In this document: in pieces, positions 50,693 through 63,000 of the stretch
Layout: each line of letters opens with the position of its first letter
Numbering within the stretch: position 1 is the first letter of the stretch
Assembly (NCBI GenBank): GCA_047495785.1
Contig: JBLDXI010000063.1
Coordinates: forward strand, 186,001 to 250,000
From: Lepidodermella squamata
Taxonomy: Eukaryota > Animalia > Gastrotricha
Direction: 5' to 3'
Length of the DNA: 64,000 bases
Notes under the pieces: generated by a model
The model's database searches: none
The model's input: the letters and a program-made list of their open reading frames with translations, nothing else
What the model was told of the DNA's origin: nothing
Translations under genes and position numbers: made by a program

Positions 50693-53600
50693 TTGAGGCA
50701 CAAAAAAAGCAAACTGGCCAACCAGGCGCGTCAAAACCGGGCGTTCCGCGCCGCCAGTGCCAAGGAAGTTGCCGAACAAGGCCTGCCGGGCGTGTACCGG
50801 TCCAAGTTGTCTCGAGGCGGCGGCGGCGGGGCGTCGGCGCTGACGGCGGCCCAGCACGAGCACGAGCGCTCGATCGGGCGCCTGCTCGCCGCCCTGTCCG
50901 CCGCGTCATCGCAGCAAACGGTGATAGAAGGCGGTGAACACGACGCATCAACGTGCACGTCGTCGAGCAGCACCAGCAGTTCTTCCTCCTCGTCGTCGTC
51001 GTCTACATGCTCGTGCGACGAGGACACGGGCGAGGAGCGGCGGGGCGGCGTTGTATCGTCGTCGTCGGTCGGCGGCGGCAACTGCACGACCTGCGAGTCG
51101 ACGGCGCCGCGCTCGACCTCGTCGACGACCAGCGACACCGACGCCATGCCGCCGCCCCCGAGACCAGCGGCGACGAAGAGGGACAGGTCGCGAACGGCTA
51201 GCGAGGATCAGCATGAGAATGAGGAGCAGGTGGCGGCGGCGGTGCATCAGCAGCGCCGATACGAGCAGTCGACGACGACTTCGGCGATTATGACCGAATC
51301 GCGGCAGACAATTGCAACGTACTCGTCTTCGCAAGTCACGACGCCGGCTTCGCTGCGTCGCTACGACGTCAACGCAGTACGTTTTAAACCGCCATTTCGA
51401 ACGTGATTCCTGCTGCTCAATTGTATTCAAAATTGTTGCATTTTTCAGCAATTTGTTAATGCCCAGCCGCGTTCAGCCGACGTTCAGTCGTCGATAACCA
51501 TTGACCAAGTGCCGAATGTAGCTCGTTACGACGCCTACTCCGTCAAAGTAAGCCATACGCACCATGTCGCCTGAGTGTCTCTCAATAAGTTATCTTGTCT
51601 TATCAGAGCGCACCGTTTCTGGCTGAAAAGTCCGAAACACGGCGCATAGTTGCAGCGTCAACGGAGCGTATCGGTGGTGACTCAGTTACCAGCCAGCAGT
51701 GGCGCCAACGTGCCGCAACTGCGGACAACCAGCTGACAGCACGGCAGCAGCAGCAGCAGCACTCGTCGCCGAAATTTAACGAAAATCATCGGTAGTAACG
51801 ATAAAGCTCATCAACTGCATTGACCGTTTTAACTCGTTTTAATTATTAGGGATTACACCAGTAACACTAACACGTTTTCAGCTCAACTCTTAGTCGACTC
51901 CCTGGATGACCTGGTATTATTGTCCGAAACTAGGTCGAACTCTATTCAACCCATTTATTTTGCAGAGGCAGGCAGGTAATACTGAAGAGGTAGCGAGGAA
52001 GAAGTTCCGCGGTGTCGCGCTGTCGCGGCCCGTGTCACCCGAAGAAATCGGCGCCTTGGAACCGGGCTGCTCAGACGCCTGTACCAACAGCAGTTCATGG
52101 CGAGCCGTGGTCGCCATAGACGTCGGAACGGCGTACAGCGGCTACGCCTTTGCCTTCACCGCCCAGCCATCGCGCATTTTCGTCATGCGCCGGTGGCAGA
52201 TTGGCGACCCGGGCGTCCGCGACTCCAAAATGCCAACCGCTCTGTTGCTGCAGCCAAATGGCAAATTTTTCGCGTTCGGCTTCGATGCGCGCAACAAGTA
52301 CCACTCGCTGGACCACGATCAGGCGAAAAACTGGCTGTACTTCGCCAATTTCAAGCCAGACCTAGCCGCAGCTGGGACCGAATCGAGCCTCGAAGCGGCG
52401 AATGGGCAGAAAGTGCCGGCGCGACTCGTCGTCGGCTACGCGCTTCGATTCCTGCGCCAGCACGCCATCGCCGAACTGGACGCGCTGGCGGGTGCCGGCG
52501 CGCAGTTGTCGCCGCGGGAAATACGGTTCGTGGTCACGGTGCCGGCGACGTGGCCACCGAGCGCGAAGCAACTCATGCGCAACGCCGCCTACGCCGCCGG
52601 TCTCGGATCGCCCGTCCGGCCCAACCAGCTGGTACTGGCGCTGGAACCCGAAGCCGCAGCGCTATTCGTGCGCTCGTTACGCCTGGTTGATTTGCCGTCG
52701 CAATTCCCCGGCTCCGGGCTGCGCCGGCCCAACAGCCCCGGCCCAGCCAGGTCTCTGGCGGCCGCGTACCAGTACGTCGCACAACACAGCAGCGGCGAAG
52801 TTCCGCTTGAATTGCTGTCGAGGAAACGCGGCCGAGGCGACAACGGCGACAGCGAGGCGCACCTGGCGCAGTTGGACGACGACGAGGCGGCAGCGGCGGC
52901 GGCCGAGTCGGGGGTGTGCGCCCGCGAGACCGTCGGCGACTGCCTCGGCACCGGGTCGCGCTACGCTGTGGTCGACTGCGGCGGCGGCGCCGTCGAAGTC
53001 ACGTTGCACGAACTGGCGAGCGGCGGCACGCGCGAGCTGTACAAAGCCGCGTCGACCCCAATCGGCGCTCTGGCTGTCGACTCGGCCTTCGTCTCGTTGC
53101 TGGGCCGAGTTTTCACGCACGAATTCATCGCCGCCTTCCGCCGCCGCAGACCGGCTGGTTTCATCGACGTGCTAGCGGCATTCGAAGGCCGCAAACGAGC
53201 CGCATCACCCTGGCGACTCGGCAGCCTCAATGTCGCCCTGCCATTCGGTGAGCATATTATATTCATTGTTTTGATTTTCGACTATTTCTTGAGTGTGATA
53301 TTTATAGCATTACTCGATTTGTACCAGCGAGAGCGAGGCGAAACTGCCGAGGCTGCGCTGCACCGCGCCCTCATCGGCGACCACCCTAACTCGTCCGATT
53401 TGCAGCCGGGCGACATTGCGTGGTCGGCGTGTGGCGGCGTTCTGCGCCTGTACCCGGCCGCCGTCCGCCGCCTTTTCGCGCCCTCCCTCGACGCCACCAT
53501 GCACGTGCTGACCGAAGTGTTGTCGCGGCCCGAGGCGCACGGCGTCGAGCGCATCTTCGTCGTCGGAGGCCTCGCCGAGTCGGCGCTGCTGCAGCACGCG

Positions 53601-54392
53601 ATGCGGTCGCGCTTCGGCGAATCGCTCGCCGTCGTAGTGCCGCCGGAGCCGTCGCTGGCTGTGCTGCGCGGCGCCGTTTCGTTCGGCCTCGACCCGGCTG
53701 TCGTGCAGGTGCGCCGCTGCCACTTTTCCTACGGCGTCGGCGTGCTGAGGCGCTACGACGCTGCGCGACATCCGCGGCACAAGCGCATACTGCGATTCGG
53801 AACTTACTGGTGAGTCTGCTTGCAAGTGCATCGATAGGAACAGAATTAATTCCTTGTTTTTTCTAGGTGTACGGATGTGTTCGATAGGCTGGTGTCGGCG
53901 AATGACGCGGTGTGCGATGGCGACACGGTCGTGCGTCGCTACTCGCCGCTGTCGCCGCAGCAGCAAACGGCTGTCGTGAAGCTGTACGCGTGCCGCCACG
54001 CCTCGCCCGCCTTCCTCAGCGATTGCGGCGTGTTCTTGTGCGGAGTGCTCACGCTCCATCTACCGCCCCTGCCGACGCCACCTGCCGACGTGACCAGCGG
54101 CGGCGGCAAGAAGGCGCCGAAGCGTGAAATTCAGATTCGCATGTCGTTCGGCGGCACCGAAATTCGATGCGTCGCCGTCGACGTCGCAACGCGAGCTGCC
54201 GTAGGCGTCACGCTCGACTTCTTCGCGCGCTCCGACGACGATGCCCATCAGCAGCAACAGCAGCAGCGAGACGACTCGAGCGATGTCGACGGGGCCGTGA
54301 CGCTGGCGGCAGGCGATGACGACGACGACGCCGACGACGCCGATGTGGGCCGAAATGCGGCTAAAAAGCCAAAACAAGCCGATTACTACTAG
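50693..54392 (+). CDS. HSPA12: HSPA12-like atypical Hsp70 with a long low-complexity N-terminal region (start codon not determined)
   Basis: VVAIDVGTAYSGYAFAF, MRRWQIGDPGV..KMPTALLL, FVVTVPATW, LALEPEAAA, VVDCGGG, VVGGLAES, IRMSFGGTEI. Phase-consistent exons ?-51376, 51449-51547, 51607-51791, 51850-51913, 51966-53247, 53308-53809, 53867-54392. Confidence 0.88.
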
Positions 54393-55780
54393 GTCTTAAA
54401 CTAGTCAGGCTCTATCTAACATCTTATTAATATACCTCCGTTTCGAAATAAACGCATTCGCTTACTATATTCACTCCTATGTTGAGGTTTTTAATAAAAA
54501 ACGCACAGTGGAACGGCTGTTGAAAAGGTCATTTTGCAGGGGATTTGGAGAAAAATAAACGCACCCGCCTGGCGTGAGACACCTCGAAACATGTGAAATT
54601 TATCAATCGGCAATTATTGTAGCCGATGTCGGGTTGAAGTCCATTTTTATTCGATGGTGCGGACGTGAGGTGGTGAAGTTTGTTGTCGTAGTAGTTTTTG
54701 CAAATATTTTTCATTCATCTCCATCTAAAATAACAAAAAATAACCGACCTCACGACTGCACCACCATCACCTTGTGGTGCATGCGAAGAAAAATCCCTGT
54801 TATAATTCATCATTGAATTCACTATGCAAAAAAACCACCTTCAGTGGCCAATCATCCCGGATCTAGTTCAACTATTAAAGGTATGGAAAGGTATGACTTG
54901 AATGACTTCAAAATTCGTAAAATGTGAAAAATCCTTAAATTCACGTTATATTTCCGTTAAATTTCCTCATCCTCATTTCGTCTCAACCGGACCATTTAGC
55001 GTGGCACAACCCGAGTCCGGAGAGTTCTCAGACGGGTCTTCATAAAATTCATTTTGTTCTCAGTATTGCGATGTTTTCATTTCTTTGATAGGAAAATCCT
55101 GGAATATTCGCCATCTGCGGTCATTCTCAACTTGCCAGCATGAAATGCAGACAAGGTAGGACATGATGCTATTTCCGTGGTTGCACTCATAAAACTTGAG
55201 TTTATTTTTAAATTATTTCGGGTAAACTTACCTCGAAAATGAGCTGTTTTCATACCGATCACGAGCCAAAAATACAGGAACCTCATCAACAAACAGATCA
55301 ACACATCTGTTTTCACGGCCATGTCTGTGTGTGTTATTTGCTCGCGTTCGCATTTGCACTTGACAAACACGACGTAATGATACACCTATTTCAGTTATTT
55401 TTTAGGCCATGAGCTATTTTCGCCCAATATTCTGCGTCATTGATATTTTCGGCGCCAATTTTCGCAGAAAGCGATTTTCGGCGATGACGATCTAAATCCC
55501 GCGTATTATCTTGACACGCAGACTCCATTCTGGAAATCGGCCATGTAAATCAGCAGGTGCGATCGTTGTCTGCCCAAGTTAATCCCGGTGTTGATTGCTT
55601 TTTGGCTACAACACTTGTAGTTGGGGCTTAGCGCGCGCAATCAAAATCGCACGCCCGCGCCTAATCGATGCCGTGCGCGTTTAAAAGCGGCCGCGACGCC
55701 CGTTCCGCTTCATTAAACACATCACTCGATTCGTCTAGATTTTGCATCACCAAGTTATCATTATACTCCGCGCTCTTCAC

Positions 55781-56168
55781 ATGCAGCTTGTCGTAGCCGT
55801 TTTCGCCGCCGCGGCGGTCGCCTTCGTGGCGGCGAACCCGCTCGAGGACTCGGTTCCGCCGGCTGGCGAGGCGGCGCACATGCTGCTGCTCGCCGACGGC
55901 CCGTTCCGCGAGGCGTTCAAGCGCCGCTACCCGGTCTGCTTCAACTGGATGGAGGAGAAGCTCGAAGGCTACGGCGGCGACAAGGCCGCCATCGAAAAGT
56001 TGGCGCGAGGTAAGTAAAAGGCGGGGAACCGAGAATTTCACACGCATGACTGAATATGTTTTTGTTCTTTGTATAGCCATCGATAAGGCGAGCCCGTTGG
56101 ACGAACTCGCCCTCGAATTCATGGCCTACTGCCTGTTGATGGACTCGCCCGACATCGGATCGGACTAG
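55781..56168 (+). CDS. Small secreted protein or pro-peptide (106 aa, 2 exons)
   Basis: Exons 55781-56009 and 56077-56168 (G|GTAAG..TAG|CC). Hydrophobic signal MQLVVAVFAAAAVAFVAA, KRR site, two Cys. Codon usage is GC3-rich like the neighbouring genes. Confidence 0.75.
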
Positions 56169-56502
56169 AATACTACCACCACCACCACCACCAATGTTGA
56201 TCAAATGAATGTTGTGTCGATTTTCTTACAACAAACAAACACTATCAGTCAATCAATATAGAGCAGCAGCAGCAGCAAACTAACAACATCATGATTTTCT
56301 CCACATCTCTGAATTTTATTAATTTTTGTGCAACGACATTGACTGTACAATAAATAATATTATTATTAAAACAGACATATCATCGCCAGGATCATCGTAT
56401 TTTTGGGCGTAAAAAAAGACAACTGAAAAATTGCGATGGAAAAACAACTGAACTCGGAATGATTGCACTTGATCGGGAGGAAACCAAATTTCGAACCGTG
56501 TG

Positions 56503-57211
56503 TCATTGGTCGGCGAATACAACTGATTTCAGGCTGACGAAAAGCAGCAGCAGTAGCACGTGAGACACGGACGTCCTCGAGCGTTCCGAGCCATTGCACA
56601 CTGTTCAAAGTAAAAATTAGTCACACTCATATTGAAATTGTTGACGGGGTGGGATAGTGAGAAAATGTGCTCAAGATAGCAGCCATAACTTAGTAGATGG
56701 CTCTGAAATCTTATATTCGGTAAAACCTTGATATTTTATGGTACGATATGAAATAGGAATAACATCGAAATAACATTGATTGCCCTAGCAAATTTCATGA
56801 ATAATATTCTGACTTACAGTCGGTTGAGCAGCACCTCGCGTATCGCTGGCTGCCCTGGGACGGGTAGATGTGGTTGTACGGGTAGCACGAGTCGGAACAG
56901 CTCAGGTACAGCCGGTTATTCTGCGGCACTTTCGTATACACCTCGCCAACTTCCTGTAACATTCAGAAGACTAGGTTGATTCTTAAATGTCAAGAACCAA
57001 GGCAATGTGTTACCAGGCAATAACGCATGCCATTCGGGCACATGGTGACGGTCATATTGGCGGCGCAGTGGGCCGGCGTGACGTCGGACGGGCACGAGTA
57101 GCAGCGGATAGCGAGCGCCGCGTCGCCGCCGAACAGCCACAGCAACAGGCCACCCAACAGCGCCCATCGCATCGCCACAGCACCCGTGTTCCAAGACGCA
57201 ATGGCGGCCAT
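56503..57211 (-). CDS. Ly6/uPAR three-finger GPI-anchored protein, 3 coding exons
   Basis: Exons 57211-57014, 56953-56818, 56600-56503 give a signal peptide, IRCYSC, 10 Cys ending CCSTDLCN, and a hydrophobic tail HVLLLLLFVSL. Confidence 0.9.
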
Positions 57212-60037
57212 GCTTTCAATCAGCCAGACGCAAATGTGGGATGTCAAATTAAAACGCACAAATTGTGTCTAAATTTGAGGGGAACGATCGTTACAGATCT
57301 GTTTCAGTTTTCAAAGCCTGATTGGAAATTGCGAACGAAACGATCGCTTGTTTCTGATATATATAATAAATATCGCTGTGATAGACTACAGCAGGCAGTA
57401 AAAAACGTGTAACCCAATGAAATTTGCAGACCAGTGGAATCTCATCCGAATAAGAAAACTATGAGGCAACGGTAGCTCCTACACGGGACGAATGCCAAAA
57501 AATGCTACAGAAAGTAAAACCCGCTATTGCTACCTGAGCTAGTGATGACACAAACGGTAGGATCCAGCAGTAACTATTTAATCTGTGAGTGTACTGCGGT
57601 TGCGACGACGCACCGCGCCGTTGTCTCGCGCAGTGCGGCGACGCTATTAATTTTGGCGTGATTAGCGGCGGAGCGGCGCCGTCGTCGTCGGTGCGGGCGC
57701 CACCGCGGCGACATGAGCCTGCTGGTGGTGAGGAGGAGGCCGGTCGCATGAGGAGCGCCAATTTCCGGCCGCGAGCGTGTGCGCGCAAATTGTGCGCTCT
57801 TTAACATATTCTGCGCTCGTGCGCGTTTGTTTACCGCCAGCGACAGGCGACCCGACCCGCCTATATATATACCGCCGATCTGTTGAGAGCGGTTCACGTC
57901 GGGTTCGGGCGGGCGGTGACAGGCGAGTCGCAAAAAGTGTTGTCCGCAGTTGTTTATTATCTCTTCGATAAATATGCACGCATCCGCAATGGCATTGATA
58001 CCATTGAAACGCCGCACACAGCCTCAAACATGAGCCATGGCAATGTGAAATGAGGCTGATGGAATAGACGCGCCTACCTACCTTGCATCTATACCTATCT
58101 GCAACCTATCTATCCTACAAGGAGACGTGTTTGCCCTGCGTGGCCGGCCGGCAAACACGCACGAGAATGAGGTTTCACCTCGATCGACCCCATTCGCGGC
58201 AACATATATCCCATATACATATGCACATCGCACCCTGATAGAGATCCGTGGTAATCGGCGCCATTACACCGAAAACGTGTACCTAATAAATAGTGCTAAC
58301 TGGAGAGCTAGAATAATTGATGGTGTCATTGCTGTTGACAGTGTGAAGTGCGAGGTTGCAAGTCACACGGCTCATTATAATATATCCTCATCATCTTCTC
58401 TTTCATCTTGGCGTTTCTTCCTCCTCTTCCCCCTCTTATTCTTCCACTCTTCTACTTCTTGCAGTTCTTCCACGTCTTCCAATTGGTCTCTTTCTTCCTC
58501 TTCCATTCTCATTCTTCCCTCTCTTTTTCCACCGTCGAGACTTGTCTGGACGCAGCTAGCAGACACATTATTTTAAGGATTTACGGTTAGTTGCATTTCC
58601 ACAAAAATTGAAATGAGGCGGACACTGGCTTATTGGCTACCCCAAGTCGGTGGTACCTATACCGCCTGGTATTTCAGCTTTGATGAATGTCTTGCTTGCA
58701 GCCTAGTTTTTCCGAGATATGGAACGGTCGGTTTTTCGTCAATTCGTAAAACGGCCGTGACGGATTTGTTGTAATTGTACTCATGAACGTATGGATATAA
58801 CAGCACACGTTTTACGAGCAAAAAAGGTGCGCCTTGGTTGTGACGATGACTAATGATGACTGATGATCACACGAGATGACTCATGCGAGGCACTTGGCCC
58901 CAAACCTAATCCATGTATTAGGATTATTTCACATTTGTATTCCAAAAAATCGCGTAGGATTTCTGGCCATGAAAAACGATTGCGTGACTCAAGTTTGGCT
59001 ATTAGGCTGGGAAATATTCTGCCACGTGACTCATAAAATGATTATTTTGAAAAAATAAATGATTAGCAAATTTGCGTTCTCTTTATTTCCTTCATATTTG
59101 CCTTCATCCAGCATCATCAGTTTTAAAAACATGCGGCATCATCCTTCCGAGTCATAGAATAATAATAATATATAATAATATTAATTAATAATTAATAGCA
59201 ATAATAATTATCATCATCCTGTCGAATAATTCACGTGTAAACTCGATCATCACCGTCATTGCGCGACCGAAATAGGTCGATCGAAAAAGTTGAAGAACAA
59301 AAACAAACCACCGATATGTTGTTATAACAGTATTATTATTTGCACACATTTTATGAATATTACTATTATTATTATGTAATAAAAATCAACCGCTATTATC
59401 ATCGTAGCATCGCTTCCTGCCTGCCTGCCTGCATGGCTGTCTGTGCGGCTGGTTGGTTGGTTGGGTTTTTTTGTACAACTGCCGAGACACGGGCATGATA
59501 GCACATAGAGGCAAGTGTAAAGGTTGATTGATAGCGAGCAATAACATTATTTCAAAAAAAAACCGGAATATACACGCATGATTCAGCGTTAAAGACATAT
59601 CATCATCAGCAGCAGCAGTTTTAGTAGTACTAGTACTAGTGGTTGTTGGGGCGATGAAGAAAAACTGCGGTAGTATATATAGGTAAGTAAGTAAAGGTTG
59701 CGGTAGGGGTGGTGGTGGTGGCGATAAAATAATCATTTGTTGGCGCACTGATTGAGCCGTAACAATAACTATAACTATAACAGCCTTCACACTACAAGTA
59801 GCAGCAGGTAACTGCTACTGCATTAAACTGCATTGGAATGCAGTGCGCGCATTCAGTGAAACCACCGGACATATGCGAAAGCGAGATAGCAAAAAAACCA
59901 CAATTATACGACGATGAAGAATGTCTGCTGCATTTGTCAATCAATTGTGCGAATGTTTCATTATCATTATCAAGAACGAAAGAAAGAAATCAATATCATC
60001 AAGAATAATAGTTTAACAACCATGTTCAAGTTCAAGT

Positions 60038-63000
60038 TCAGGAGGCGGGGGTGAGCGGCAACTCGGGTCCGCCGCCGTAGATGCCGAGCAGGAACCGCCA
60101 CGCCGCTTCGTTGAGCCGCACGAAATCCGACGCACCAGCCTTCAACTGCCAGCTGCTCTGGCTCTGGCTCTGGCTGCTCAGGCTCGTCGCTATCGACGTG
60201 TTGTCGATGGGCCCGGGTGGCGGCACGAGCCCGCTCGGCGTCAGACACGTCAGGCCGCTGGCGAGGTGCTCCTTCGCATTGGGCTGGTTCGACGCGAAGG
60301 CGCGCCACCGGCGGAACCACGGCCCGGCCACGCCGTAGCAAGTGCAAGCACTGCTGCAATCGCCGGTGGTGGTGGCGGTGGCGGTGGTTGGGCTACTGCT
60401 GCTGCTGCTGGCGTGGCTGTCGGTGAGGCGGCGGTACGTGTCGAGTTCGTGGTGCTGGCGCGCGCGCAACTGCTCGGCTGCCGCCCGGCACCGCTGGCAC
60501 TCGGTCAGCGTGTTGCACGCGGGGCCGCCGCCGCCGCCGCCGCCGAACGAAGCCGTCATGAGCGCGTAAGCGGCCTGCGGCACCGGCTCCACCAGCTCGG
60601 CGACGCACGGGAACAGCCGCGGCTGCACCGCGCCGTGCTCACACAGAAAATCTGAACATAAAAATGAAACGAAACACATGAAGAAAAATCCAGTACTAAT
60701 AATTATGATGCCAAGTACCGTATATTCCGTATTAGCTTCAGGGGGCATTGTAATTTCAAAGCCTCGAAAAAGGGGGGTTGTAAACGGGACGTGTTACAAT
60801 TGCGAGCATGCGACTTTATTGTTTCAAAGCAAGTTTTCAAGTGTTGAAATTGAGTAAAAATAAGAATAAATTGATAATTTTTGAACTACAGCTTGTAAAG
60901 TCAACAGCTTTTCATCAAAATCGAGAACGTCGTCGTTCGATTGCGAGTTTTCCGCCATTTTTATGCAAATTATTGAAATTTTAAAATGTTAGTTTTCTTC
61001 AAATCATGAATGCTAGGAAATCGACAGCTACTTTGGCAATTTTCGTTGCTGAACTTCTCTCACTCGGCTATGTTTCGCCATTTTCTATCAAACAAGCCCA
61101 TCAAACGCCTCAGAAATGGAATTTCAAAACGATAGGCGCTATTATTTTAGAATGCGATTTTCAAAGTTTGAATTTGAATTTAGGACCCGGGTAGCTATTG
61201 CGAGTATGAGGCTTTAATTTTTCAAAGGGCTTAAAAAGGGGGGTTGTAAACGGGACGGGCGGTAATAACGGGTATATGAAGCTATTACGGAATATACGGT
61301 ATTTTTCATGAGCTACATGAGCCTTAGATCAGGGAGAATGACACCTTTGATGCCTATCTAGGCAATAGGCAATCTAGGCCTATCTAGGCTGTTGAGACTC
61401 GGACAGGAGCCGAGCGCCCGCGCCGTCCCGAAAAGCCTACCCAGGCTTCTGCTTTCTCCTCAACGCGCCTACGATTTTGAAATGCAAAGGAAACTACTAC
61501 AACTGAATCAGGCGTAATTGCCTAAGCTTAGTTTCTGACATCCATATTCGCGGGTTCATTCGCGGGTTGGTGCCAGGGTTCAATGATAACTACAACTAAT
61601 TTGACTGTTGGGACTGTTGGGTTCGTCCTTAATCAAGGTATCAAGTGGGAGAAACTAACCGTAGTTGGAAATGGGCCCGGGCTGCGCGAACGTCAGCAGG
61701 CGCACGAGCCACTTTTTCGACACGTAGTAAACCAACGGCGAGTTGCTGCTGCTGCTGCTGCTAAGCATCAGTTGCTGCTCTTGCTGCTGCTGCTGTAGAA
61801 GTGCTGGTTCAGCGTAGCGGTGTTGCAGTTGCGTCGGCTGCTGTGGCAAGACCGTCATGGCCGTCGTCGATCGCAACGTCGACGACTTGCCGCCAGCTTT
61901 TCGCTTGTCGCGTTTCGACGACGACGACGTGCTGGCGGTGGTGCGATGCCGCAGTTGCTGGTAGTTCGAGGAGACAAAGTTGTTGTTGCTGTTGCTGCTG
62001 CCACTGGTGGAGGAGCCTGCTTTGGCGGTTGGCTGGAAGCGCCGCGGCCGGGCAGACGCCGGCGACGGCGATGCCGAGTACCGCTGCGACGACAAATCTG
62101 GCTGCGACGCGGACGCTGCGACACCAGCCGCCGACGCAGGCCTCTGCTGCTGCTGCTGCTGCTGCAACATGTACAAGTCATCACTCGTAGCCGTCATCGA
62201 AGTCATCGCCATCGCATCGGAGCAGGAATCCGAGTAAGAAAACTGCGACGAGTCGATGAGGCTCGGCCGCGATTCGGCGGCTCGCAGCAGCGCGGCGGCG
62301 AGTTGCGACGACCGCCCGGCCACGCCCGCCAGCCGCCGCAGCAGCGCCACGTGCCGCGCACCCGGCCGCCGCCGGTAGAACAGCACGTACGCCTGGGCCC
62401 GCGCCACCTTGTCCACAGACTGTGCAACACACAAAACACAGCGTGTACGATTCAACTGATGACTCAAATCATCGATGCATGCGACTTACGATTTGCGTGC
62501 AGTAGTCGTCGTCGTACTCGAACCACCGCTCGTTGCCGTCGCCGCTGCTGCTGGGCTCGTGGCGGCACAGCGCCGTGTAGTGCCCGGCCGCCGGCGAGCC
62601 GTCGTGTACAATCATCGCGACCAGGTCGTACAGCGTCGACTGCCCGTCATCGTCAGCCGAGCCGTTCACGTTCATGTTCGCCGCCGCAGCCGAGTCGACT
62701 TGCATCGCCGTGTCCTCCTCAGCCGCATCACCGCTGCTGCTGCTGCTGCCAGTTGTCGAAGCAGTAGCCGTAGTACTAGTCGTAGTAGTGGCTGACTCTG
62801 AAGATGCATCACCACCATCCGTTGACATGAACGGCCGCAAGTCGAGCCCAGTCAACGGAAACGACACGTGCTGTTTGATTCTAGAGAAGACAAAAACAAC
62901 CACACTTTAGTAGTGCACACATCTAAACCATTTCTCTCGACTGAACGACTCAACGACAGTTTTAGTGGACATCTTCCAACGTAACATTCTATTATAGTTC

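Noticed and set aside
57459-58590. GC-rich ORF cluster and an E/K-rich ORF between the Ly6 and USP genes
   Set aside because: No coherent exon chain or domain; could be promoter/UTR or low-complexity sequence.
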